Of a stretch of 61,705 nt of DNA, positions 25,552-37,131 are shown piece by piece. The DNA lies in contig JAHLWZ010000099.1 in the NCBI GenBank assembly GCA_020536535.1, positions 1 to 61,705 of the forward strand, written 5' to 3'. The position numbers were made by a program, and so were the translations under genes. Origin of the DNA: Pelomyxa schiedti (Eukaryota > Protista > Evosea). Under the pieces are notes generated by a model. The model saw only the letters and a program-made list of their open reading frames with translations. It was not told the DNA's origin and did no database searches. Numbering within the stretch: position 1 is the stretch's first letter; every line of letters begins with the position of its first letter.

Positions 25552-27471
25552 TCAGGAACGGGTGTTCCTGAGAGCACTAACTTGGGCTGTCAAGGCAGCT
25601 TTCTCTGCCATCATTTCTTTCTCCACTTCGATCAGTTGAATGGCCTGGTGTGGTAAGTGAGGTTTCATTTTGAGTGAGGGTTGAACTTATGGGTTGTGGA
25701 AAGGGGACGGGAGGCACCTGTGCTTGCTTAACAAAGGAAAGCCCCTCCGTAAAAATGTGCTCTATTTCATTGAGTTGCGCTACACTTAGGGAATCTATCA
25801 CCGATGACTGGAGTAAAAGTACATCCTCCAAGTCTTGCACTTCCAGAGCGAGTGCCGAGGTCTAGAGAGTTAAACATAGCAATTGACTACAAATACCTGA
25901 GGATATTTATCGTGCAGCAACATAGTCCGGTCTTGTGATTCAACTACCTCGTCCGGAGTTGGTTCACTGAAATCGCAAGGGGTTGCCGGAGAAGTAGTTA
26001 CAACTTGAGTGCTTGTGGAGGGTGGTATTGTTGATTGTGGCTCGGCCTGTGCAGCCGGGCACCTTTTTGTAGCTTTATTTTTGGCAGGAGTGGGTGCTTG
26101 AGGCCGAGGTTTGTGCGAAGACTTTTTCTGATGAGTTTTGGAGGTGCTTGATGTGGTATATGTCGCTTTGTTAACTGTTGGCACTTCCTGTGCTGACTCT
26201 TGAATTAAATCTCCATCTGAATCAGGTGCACTATCGTGCACTGTAGGTTCCTCTTCCTGGTCTATTTTGTGCCTTTGGTTGTCCTCTCTTAGCGATTTTC
26301 TTCCATTGGTCCTATCCAATTGAGGTACATTGTGGTACTTCGAAGCAGTGGTGCGTGAGGGAGGAGTTGTTTCTTTCTTCCCACTTTTAGTGGTTTTTGT
26401 TGTCATCTCCTTGACAACTTTATTCTTTCTTTTGGGTCGTTGTTCGAGTCTCTCCTCAGTGAGTAGTTGGGCTGCACACTCTGCAGCCCTTTTTTCCAGT
26501 TCCAGCCACACCTTTTTCACTTCAGGCAGAAGATTACCTGAAAAGGAATTAGGAGGAGAAGATACTACGGAAATAACTTTTGTTCTCAGAGAGAACAGCA
26601 AGACAGGTTTTCCCATATTTATTTCGTTGTGTCAACGATTTGTTATGGGGAGCCTGCAGAAGAGGTCTAATACACTCGATATTGTTACATTTGGCTGAAT
26701 GATGGAGTGCGGTATTGCCGTTTCTACAGAGTTTGAGATAAAAGGGAAAAAAAGGGGGTAAATGACTTGTCTTTCAGTGACGAGTCAGAGCCTGCATGAA
26801 GCAACGCATCTACAGCAAGAGTATTAGAATTCTCGACGGCACACATCAATGGCGTGAGTCCATTCAAATTTTTTTCATTAGGATTTGCCCCAGCAGATAT
26901 GAGTTCAGCAATTACTTCAGGGATGCCTTTCACTGCCGCAAAATGCAGAGCTACAGGAAGCTTGGTGCTGAGGGAGGGAACATGTGCTTAGTGGGTGAGC
27001 TAAGGAGGAGTTACGTGTGTCTCCAGCAACATTCTTAGACGAAGTGCTTGCCCCGTGAGCCAGCAGTTCTCGAGCAACTTCCAGGGATCCATTAGCACAA
27101 GCAAAAAACAGAGCAGTGTTCCCAGCCGGCGTAGCCTTATTTGGTTCTCCCTTGCATAGCATAAGTAACAATAAACACCAAACAGTTTGGAGCTCCCGTA
27201 CCCCGTTTTCGAGCACGGCTCTCACGACCGCGCAATCGCCGACCTGAACGGCGGCCAACAGAGGCGTTACTACGCACCCCGCAGAGGAGTCAGTACGCAA
27301 ACAGCGGTTCGCGATCCCAGGGCGACGTCGCAACGCATCGCTAACAGCCTCAGATGCAGCGCCCTCGTGTATCGCACACACCACTTGTTCTACAAAAGTG
27401 TCGTCTGGGTCTTCTGTGCTGTTGTCGTTGTTTGCACCGCATTGCAGTGAGATCTCTCCTTGCGTGCACAT
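25552..27471 (-). CDS. Ankyrin-repeat protein with charged/coiled-coil C-terminus
   Basis: Repeats 'TPLLAAV', 'GNTALFFACANGSLEVARELLAHGA', 'GLTPLMCAV'; exons join to TGA at 25552. Confidence 0.85.
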
Positions 27472-27731
27472 TTATTGAACAGAATAATCCTTGAGCAGGC
27501 CAATCCCTACCTACATCTCAATCAGAGAAACCATGGCAGTAGTTGCCTGCGTCTCTTGGGTCCTCACAGTGAGGAACAGCAAACCAATCATGGCGTGAAT
27601 GAGAAAATGCGATCAAACATCACTTGAAAGACAGAAATAAATAAAGACCAAACAAAAAAAAAAACCAAACAAACTCCAACGAACAAACCGCAGCGAAGAG
27701 ATCACGTGGAACGAATCGATAACGCAAAGCG

Positions 27732-30700
27732 ATGTTGAGGCGTAAAAGAAAACTCAGGCTCAGAAAGCACCGTGCAGGTGGGAGTGGATCTGGTGGCGAG
27801 GGAGCCGCTCCTGTTGAGGGTACTTTATATTTTCCCCCTTTTTTTCCCTCCATCCTGCACAGTACCCCCGTAATTCAAAATTGCAATTCTGAATGTGGAA
27901 CAGAGTCGTACGCGCCAGTGATGTTCAATGACCCTGAGGCAAACTCACAAGTGGGGTTTCCTTCAAACCTCATCAGGACAACGAAATACACGCTGTTAAC
28001 ATTTTTGCCAAAAAATTTATTCGAGCAGTACCGCAGAGCTACAAATGTTGTCTTGTATGCTCTTCTTTACTGCACTAATGTCTTCCCTAGTTGTATTTTC
28101 TACTTGTCGTCATCATCACATGCATTCCTCAAATTTCACCAATGTCTCCCGTTACTTCAATTCTTCCAACTGCATTCGTTCTTCTTGTAACAATGCTCAA
28201 AGAGGGATATGAAGATTTTGTGTGCCACCATTTTATGCAAGTATCTATAGACCTAATTCTATCAAGAGACGATACCAAGCTGACAAAATTGTCAACTCTC
28301 AAACTTTTGATATTGTGAAAGGGCCAGAGGAAGAGGACATCCACAAGACTAAAAGGCATGCTATCGTTTGAGGATTGTTCTTATGCCTAAAACACCCAAG
28401 CTCGGAGATTAAAACTGGTGATATTCTCAAGTTGTATAAAGAGGACAGAGTACCTGCTGACATGCTCCTGCTTAATACCTCTCGTGTTGATGGTGTTTGC
28501 CATGTCGAAACCTCGCAACTTGATGGGTTCTTTTCTTTCCAACCAAAACCTAAAAATAAGCCTCTATGAATCCCAATTGTACTTTTCTCTAGGGAAACGA
28601 ATCTCAAGCCGTTTCAATCACTAGGATTTTCTACAGGCAAAACTCAAAAAGAGCTTGTTGAAATCAAAGGTAAAGTTACAAGTGAGATTCCAGATCCAAG
28701 CCTGTATACGTACAGAGGTAATTCTTTACACCGGGGCTAAGTAACACAGAGGGAGGGAAAATCCTACAATCCCAACGAATAAAAGCCAGGATTGAGTTTC
28801 CTGATGGACAGAAGATTTCCATTAATCAAAAGAATTTATTGTTACAGGTGCCTGTCTTATTGCAATGTTTCATGAATTTAACTACTCTAGGGTGCAAAAG
28901 TAAGGAATACGGATTGGGTTTATGGTATTGTGGTATATGCTGGAATCCACACAAAACTCTCCCTCAATCAGAGAAATCCCCCCTCAAAAGTTTCCAGCAG
29001 CGAAAGAGTTTTAAACAGGTTAAACTTCCATCCCAACGTGACTTCTAACATGGAACAGATTCGTACTTGGTGTGTTTATTTTCAAGATGTGTTGTGTTGT
29101 CCTCTCCAGTACCCTGGCTGGTGTATGGGAGGTATAATCAGTACAATTACGGATTGCTCTCTTATTACCTTATTCCAACAGAGAGAATCCTCAGGAGCGT
29201 GGTATTTATTGGGTCCTGATAATGAGACCTTTCCAAAAACCACTGCTTTGAAAAATTTTTTCACATACTTTGCCTTGTTGAGGTTATCTCTTTCCAACCT
29301 CCACCACATTTTAACCGAAAAAGTTATCTTATCCCTATGTCTTTGATGGTCACCTTTGAAGTGGCCAAATTAATTCAAGGAATGTTCATGGAGTGGGATA
29401 ACGAAATGAAGTTGGAATCTCTAGAAAACGGCAAAGTATGTAACCCTTGCACACGATGACTGACCTTAACTCCAGCTACAAATGGTTGGTATGAACTGTA
29501 AAACCACCAACCTCAATGATGAGTTGGCAATGGTGAAATACATTTTCAGTGACAAGACTGGGACCTTAACAGAAAACAAGATGGAGTTCTCAAAATGCTC
29601 AATAGATGGTAAACAGCAAGCATTGCCAGCAGTTTTTCATGGCTTCTGTAGGTATAATTTATGACAAGCCAATGGATGGAGAGTTAGAACGGGTTCTTTC
29701 TGTACGCACCCAGTGTATTTGGATCTATACTTACCCAAACAACAGTCCCCAAAATATGACCCCCATGCAAATGGTGCAACATTCAACCCTGTAGAAGAGT
29801 TTCTACTGAATTTGGCATTGTGTCACACAGCAGTCCCCGAAAGAAACAAGAATGATGGTAATGCTATTCAACACTCTGCAACAATTAATAAGAATTCTTT
29901 TTTTTTTTCCCTAGAAATTGAGTACCAAGCACAAAGTCCAGATGAAGTTGCACTTTGCTTGGCGGCTTGTGCTAACAATTTCGTTTTCTCAGAGCAGAGA
30001 GGCAAGGACATGATTGTTAACATAAAAGGTACTTGTTTTCTTTCAGTATCTTTTTTTTTTTGACTTCTAAGTTTAGGTGTTCCTGCGTCATTTCAGGTTC
30101 TTGGTGTGATGGAATTTACAAGTGCACGGCGCCGTATGTCAATTTTGTTACGTACATCACGCGGAAATGTGAGAATGTACTGCAAGGGTGCCGGTACGCA
30201 AACTTCCAGCAAAGGCGTTTTCTGAAAGAACGAAACAAAAGATTCTGTTATGATGGATCTTCTTGAAGATACACCAGAAAACGCTAAAAGGAAAGCAAAA
30301 GTCGACAAAGACTTACTATACTTCAGTGGTTTAGGTCTCCGCACACTAGTTATAGCCTACAAGGTAGGTACAAGCTTTTCCGTAAATAGACGAACGTGTC
30401 TCCAGGATGTGCCTGAGGAAATTTACCGAGACTGGCAATCCAAGTACAATGAGGCTTCTAATGAACTCAACAACCGTGAAAAATTGGTTCCTTCTCTATT
30501 TTTTTTTCCCTCCAACTGAAAACAACAAGGTAGAGAAAGTAAATGATGAGATAGAAAAGGGATTCAAGCTTATTGGATGCACAGCCATCGAGGACAAACT
30601 TCAGCAAGGAGTTCCTGAAGCTATACATTTCCTTCTTGAAGTGAGTGATCTTTCCTTAGCCCTCCCAGTCACAAATGTACCATACAGGCGGGACTTTATG

Positions 30701-32543
30701 TCTGGGTAATCACCGGAGACAAGCAAGACACTGCAATCAATATTGGCCTTTCTTGCAAGCTTATAACACCTACTACCAGGCTAGCTAAAATTAACTGTGA
30801 AACTGCTGAAGCATGTCAAGAAACACTCACCAAGGAAATAGAAATCATGAAACCAGTAAGTAGAGTTCCCGAAATGTCCTCTTCTGAATGGTATTAGGGT
30901 GAAGATGTGGGACTTGTAATAGATGGCCCAACACTCACTCATGCGCTTGCCCTTCATTCTGCTCTTTTCATGCGGCTGGCCTCCTTCTGTCACTCCATAA
31001 TCTGTTGTAGAGTAACCCCACTTCAAAAAGTACCCTGTCCACTTTCAGTTACATTGTCTCCCCACTTTCGTTTAGGCCCAAGTGGTGGCATGTGTACGCC
31101 GGTATACAAGTGCTATTACTCTCTCGATAGGAGATGGTGCCAATGATGTGAGCATGATTCAGGTGATCCCAGCTGTCCAAATTTCATAATCTCATCCAAT
31201 TGAAGACTGCCCACATTGGTGTTGGTATCTTTGGAAGAGAGGGAACCCAAGCCGCTCGTGCCTCGGATTACGCTATCAGGCAGTTCAGGTATTACGTGAA
31301 AGGACTCGGCACTAGTAACCCAAAAAACAGGCATCTCACACGACTTGTTACTGTTCACGGTCGTTATTCCTTGGTCAGGAATGCTATTTTAATAAAGTAT
31401 TCTTTCTACAAGAATATGGCATACTTTCTTGTGCAGTTCTGGTTTGCGTTCTTCAATAGATTCTCTGGAATGGTAAGCCTCTTATTTGAAAGTAGCTTAC
31501 AAACAATGCAGACATTTTATGACGATTTCTTCATCACGTTTTTCAATATTTTCTTTACTTTCTTGGTTCCCCTCTTTATTGCATGCCTCGAAAAAGACAT
31601 AAACGAAGCTGTTATTAAGAAGGTGGCTTGAGTCACTCGTAAGCTTTTTACTGACTGCCTTGTAGTATCCACAATCATATAGTAGCCTCCAGAGGAATAA
31701 TATTTTTGGACTTCCACGATTATTTGCTTGGCTTTTCTTTGCATTCCTTCATTCTCTTTGTTCGTTGTCCAAGATGAAATTGAAAAGTTTCCTAATACTT
31801 TTCAAGTCTTTTTCTTCAGTGGCTATCTCTACTTCTTTGTCAATGATGTTGTTGATGTGGGTGGCTACACAAATCACGTCTGGCTTCATTCCCTCTATGT
31901 CTCGCTTGCAGCAATCATCACCATTCAGTTGATGGTTGTCATCTATGTGAAGTACCTATCCTTTCCATCATTTTTGCTTTGTTTCCATGTTACATTGCTA
32001 TTCTGAAACAAATTTTACCCACAGGACCTGGACTGGCTGGCTACTTGTTAGTGTACTACTCAGTCTACTCGCGGTGGTAGTGGATTTCATACTGGAGAGC
32101 TTTATTCCAAACTTCTCCCCAAGCAATAAAATATACTGGGGAATACGTAGGCCTTCTAAAAACAATTACCAAACAACGATAACCACCTAACACAGCTATT
32201 GTTATGAGCCAACCTGGCTTTTACCTTTATACGCTTATTGTTTGCTTCATTGCCATTGTTCCTTTTGTCATTGCAAGATAGTATGTACTTCAGTGGTTTT
32301 TATCTTTTCTCATATGCAACCACAACCTGTAGTTGTCACCGGCAATTCTTCCCCGAAGCCTGGATGATTCTTCAGGAAAAATTCTCAACCAATAAGATCG
32401 ACTTCATGGATGAGGGAACAGAGATGGGGCCCCTGGGGACTTCAGCAAGCACCTCTGTTTCCTTTGTTTCTACTCCATCAACCACGTCTGTGAACATACA
32501 AGAGGATCCCCTCGATAAAGGCAAAGACAAGAGCGACGACTAA
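27732..32543 (+). CDS. P4-ATPase phospholipid flippase
   Basis: '[18 protein letters not shown]', 'ETSQLDGETNLK', 'SYLIPMSL', '[11 protein letters not shown]', 'SPDE.AL', 'TGDK', '[11 protein letters not shown]'; about 25 short introns. Confidence 0.97.
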
Positions 32544-32889
32544 ACCAAATACACCAAACCATTGTACAAATTTTCGTGATTCTCCTTCTTTTTGCCGTAC
32601 ATGTTTCTATTCACCGATTGGCTAAATAACCAACTCACCCATAACTGCAACCCACCAGCACGATAAATCAACAACTCAGCGCCGCACCAAGCCCACAACA
32701 AGGCGGAAGTGGTTCTACTAGTATTTTCGCCAAATTTTTCGCGGGTTTTCCCACCCATGATCTAGCTCCTCTCCCTGCTTATGGCATACCTTCCATGCTA
32801 GCACGAAGTTGTGGCGCTCCACAACAGCCCCTTCCCAGATCCAGGCCCAGTCTGCGTTTCAAATTTTCCTCGTCGTCCCATTATTCCGT

Positions 32890-33220
32890 TCACCGGGCCG
32901 CTGATGGGTTTATTAGGGGCATTATGACGTTGTTTAGCGGAGTTTTCTGGTGCTAGAAAGTCCCCAACAAAAACAACAAATTAAATTGAATGAAACTCCC
33001 CCCCGAAGCACCTTCAAAGAAGATGAAACAAAAAAGGAAAACACAGAGGAAAAGAAGAAAGGTGACCGAAAGGGAAACCAAGCCGCGACTGCAGCGGGGT
33101 TCGGATGAACCGGTTGCAGAAAACCCCCACACAAACTCCTGGAGTGGAAACCGGGTTGCGCCCCTCGCGGTGGTTGGGCTGTGGGCAGATCCATTCACGA
33201 AGGGGCTCAGCCCCTCATGG
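32890..33220 (+). ncRNA. Candidate RNase MRP RNA
   Basis: CR-I GAAAGTCCCC (32956-32965) and CR-V ACGAAGGGGCTCA (33197-33209) can form P4. A P3-like stem GGCATTA/TGGTGCT abuts CR-I; there is a GAAAG (GARAR) pentaloop hairpin at 33066-33074 and a T6 run at 33297-33302. It lies in the only large intergenic gap. P1 is weak and the ends are uncertain. Confidence 0.5.
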
Positions 33221-33429
33221 ACAGAGAATAGCCAGTCCTCTCAGGCCTCTGACGGTGACGTGAACCCCCCGCCCTGTGTCTTCCTCAAGGGGACTCTTTT
33301 TTGGTGTATGTTTATTTTGGGTTGCACTTTGTACACTCGAGAAGTAGGGTGAACCAAAGTCCCAGCACTTTTTCGTGGACAAACAGTTCGGAGTGAACCA
33401 CTCTGGTATATCGTCGAGACTGCTATTTG

Positions 33430-33589
33430 ACTGTTCGGGGCACCCTGCAGAGTGACACACCCCTTTTGTGAGTGTTACAGTAAAAATGGGGGTGGTGATG
33501 ATGGATGATGGGAATGGAGGAGGGTAGGGAGGCGGGCTTTTGATTTTGAGCCCCCAGTGTGAGCCAATCTGCAGGGTGCCCCGAACAGT
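33430..33589. repeat. 22-bp perfect inverted repeat flanking a 116-bp spacer (MITE-like or hairpin)
   Basis: ACTGTTCGGGGCACCCTGCAGA (33430-33451) is the exact reverse complement of TCTGCAGGGTGCCCCGAACAGT (33568-33589). Confidence 0.85.
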
Positions 33590-33836
33590 ATAAGTATCCC
33601 TTTAGAGTTCTAATAGTGTAGTGGTAAAGCTGTCAGAGAACGGCGTAACGAAGACTTTCACAACCGGATAGAAAAATAGCCCTTTTTCATGAAACATGTT
33701 CTTCTTGAAAAACCGTTTTGTGATTATGAACTACAGTTCAAAGAAAAGATAAAGATCAAGACGAAAAAAATAAATAAAATAATAAACCACAGAGATAGTT
33801 GAGTACAGCCACAAGCAGTTCCAGTTTTGACTTTGA

Positions 33837-34546
33837 ATGCAACAACATCCACCAACAGCCGTAGTCAACGCCACACAATTCAGTGGCGGTGGTGCATCGG
33901 CAATACAACAACAGCAACAACATCACAACACTTCTGGCGGAGGCGCGTCAGCTTCTTGCTTGTAATTATGGGTTTTTTTTTTCTTTGTTAGTTACGTTTT
34001 TGAAGTTTTTGTAACTCTTCGAAATTCGATTTGTTTAGGGATGGTCTGCCTGTGGGTGTTCAGGTTACACACTTTTATTCCAGTGGTGATAATGGGAATG
34101 GTGCAGTCCAGGCTGTCAATGCGTGGTTGGCTGGAAACAGAAAATACAAGGTTTGTTCTTCCTTTCCGAAAAGCACTGATCATTTCACAAACACTCACCA
34201 CCTGTTCAGGTTCTCAAAGTTTTGCATCACATTTTCACAGGTATGGCCCCATCGCAAGATACATGGTTTTCCTCATTCCAAATAAATAAATAACCCAGGC
34301 TGGAATGTGATGTTCACCATCGAATTTTGTGACTTGAGTTGTGGAGGATCAGAGCCCACAACGCCCCCTGGGCCGCTGCGGCAAGTGGCTCATTTCTTCT
34401 CCTCTGGTGACTATGGAAACAAAGCAGTGGATGACCTCAACAACTGGCTCAGATTGGGGGCTGGATCCCGGAAGGTGGTGGAGATACACCACAACGTATT
34501 TCCAGGCTGGAACGTGATGTTCACTGTGGATTACATACAACTGTAA
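33837..34546 (+). CDS. Small protein with two tandem ~50-aa repeats
   Basis: Four exons. Repeat 1: QVTHFYSSGDNGNGAVQAVNAWL..KVLKVLHHIFTGWNVMFTIEF. Repeat 2: QVAHFFSSGDYGNKAVDDLNNWL..KVVEIHHNVFPGWNVMFTVDY. Confidence 0.85.
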
Positions 34547-34804
34547 GCATATCGCCTGTCCAGTTTAAAAACATGCATTTTTGTGAACTAGTAGTTCTTC
34601 CGAGCCACCCAACTTGGGAGAAAATAGAAATAGAATATAGAATGCTGTTTCCTTTCTCAAACGCCGAAAATTTCAGCAAATTAAAAAGCCCCGAGATCCA
34701 AGCAGTTGCCAAAGGGAAAGTAAAAAGGAAAAAAAAAACCCTCAAACCAATACACCAACAAACACGAGCGGAAAAGCGACCCAGCCGGCAATAAGACCCC
34801 ACGA

Positions 34805-37024
34805 ATGCACAGCGGCACATCTTGTGCGACACCTAATACCGTCGACACAAACGTGTGCGATTTTCCGCGTTATTCCACGTCCACAGCCAGGAGAAACAAC
34901 CACGTCATCGTCTCCCCCTCTTCCTCCAGATCTACCAATACAACCACGACAACAGCGTCATCTTCCTCATCCTCATCCACATCCTCACACCACGAGAACG
35001 ACCCCGCATGGGGAAAATCACGCACGAGACCTAACGTGGACGCGACGGCTGCACGCAGCACAGCCGCGGGATCAAAAGGTGCTACTTCCCCTCCGAGCTC
35101 CGCCGCTCCCACTACCTCAATCTCTGCCTCCGCGTCAGCATCAACTTCAACATCCACCACAGCATCAGCGTCTTCGGCATCCGCGTCGTCGTGCGGCACC
35201 TCGGCAGGAGGAACGCCGTCCGTGCCGGTGTCCATTAGAGGAAGTAACACCGGGGGCTCTGCTACTACGAGTGCAGACCCGGAGCAACAGGATGATACCG
35301 AGGCCAGTGACGATATCCTGGCAGCCCCGAGTCCACAGCTATCGCCCCCGCCTCTGTCCCCGGAGACGCAAGACGACCCACCTACGCCCCCCTCCGTCCC
35401 ACAGCAGCCATCAGCACCTCAGCCGCCACAGGCTCAACAGACCCACGCGGCCCACACGGGACCTGCACCCCCGCACTGTCAGCAAAGTCCACAGCACCAG
35501 TCTAATCAACACGGACCCTCAGCAAACCAACATGGCCCCCAACATCCCAAGGCTCCGCACGGACCACAACCACAACAGCAACAGCACAACACAGCCAGTG
35601 CACAACACACAAATCAAATTGTACATGCACCGCCAAGGCATCAACGTAACCAGTCTTCATCAAACCACCCCCAACAAGCTGTACAATCTTCTTCACCACC
35701 GTTGTCTGGTCCGCAATCCCCCACGAACGAGGACGGGGAAAACGACCCAGATGAACGCAGACGCCAGGTATCAACCACCTAATTATCTTAGTTTTGATTT
35801 TATTCAGGAGCTTATTACAACCATTCAATCCACGGAACACGAATTTGAGCAAGTCAAATCCCAATTCTTTACACAAGAATTGCAGTCTATTGACCAAGAA
35901 ATTGACGCTATCAAAGCAGGTTCTTTCACTCATGCGAGAAAAATCAAAGATTAATAAGTAACAGAATCAAAAATTAATATCAAATCCGAAAACCAAAACC
36001 CCTTTGTGCAGGCACCCATCCCATTCTCACAGCCCAGCTCATGGAGATGGACGAACAAGCACAAGAGCGAATTTATTCCACTGAGCAGTGGCATAAATAT
36101 CAAATAGAAAACATCAATATGCAACTGCAACACGAAAAGATGATGGCAGAGCAGGAATGCAATGTAATTTCTGCGTAATCCCTTTCTCGGATTTCTTCTG
36201 ATGTTTGCTAGGCCGAGAAAATAGGCATAAAAGAGAGAATGTTGGTTAAAATGACTGAAAAGAAACGAAGACTATTAGACGAAAAGCAGCAGTTTGTTTT
36301 GACAGGTATTTACTTTTTAAACGTTATTATATGAAGTAAAACACAACAACAGTGAGTTCAACCTTGGAAAGACAGGTGCCTCCTCGTGTGCGGAGTAAAA
36401 GATCTACTGCTTATGGCAGTCAACTTTCTGCTTCCGCAGCGTCATCAGCACCTCGCAGAAAACCTCCACGTATGTCTATAAAAAATCTAGAGCATTATGC
36501 TCACTGTACAACAGAACTTCACGTTTCATACACGTTGAAAGAATCTGAAATAATGGAGGATCTAGCCATAATAAGAAAGGTATTAAAAGGTTACCCACTT
36601 TCCTCTCATACTTTCCTCTCAAACTTAGTCATTATTGTCATACTAACTGTTTGCTCTCTTCCTCAGGCTGTGCAAGCTTCTGGACATGGTACTTTTTTCG
36701 AGTTACGCCTGCCCCCGCTTACAATACTTCAGGAATATTAGGGAAAGGTGATGTATATGTTGACAAAGGGTCACTTCATATCCGCGGGAAAACTTATGAA
36801 CGCGGCAAGTCTGTAATTGTTGAAAACACGAAAAATAGATGGCAAGGTGTAATCACTACAATCACAACAAACGACGTGAGCACCCCCTTTCACATAAGCC
36901 TTTATATCCAGTCTCACTTTTGTTCCAGTTTTGTATATCTAGTGTCACTGATGGCAAGCAAAAATTCTTGTTGACAGACTTGCGATCAGGAAAGTATCAT
37001 CTTCACGATCACGACTCTTCGTGA
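34805..37024 (+). CDS. SDS3: Sds3/BRMS1 family Sin3-HDAC complex subunit
   Basis: Coiled coil 'EHEFEQVKSQFF..L..I..EI..IKAGTHP', 'YTLKESEIMEDLAII', and a C-terminal Tudor-like region 'YVDKGSLHIRGKTYERG..WQGVIT..L.DLRSGKY'. Confidence 0.85.
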
Positions 37025-37131
37025 TTATAAATACACAACACCCAACAAAACAAGAACAATTTTGTAGTTTTTTTTGTTTGTTCGGGATGTAATTTGCGTT
37101 CCCACGCCAAGAACAAGTTGGGTACTTTTTG

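Noticed and set aside
32660-33460. Spliced minus-strand gene or selenoprotein (CP*G) in the intergenic gap
   Set aside because: Candidate exons do not join into a convincing stop-free protein, and I recognised no SECIS or redox motif.
4056-37024. Functional cluster of nuclear RNA/chromatin genes (SAC3, RS-PP2C, Ran, CTD phosphatase, MRP, Sds3)
   Set aside because: They are interspersed with unrelated genes on both strands, with no evidence beyond chance in a gene-dense genome.
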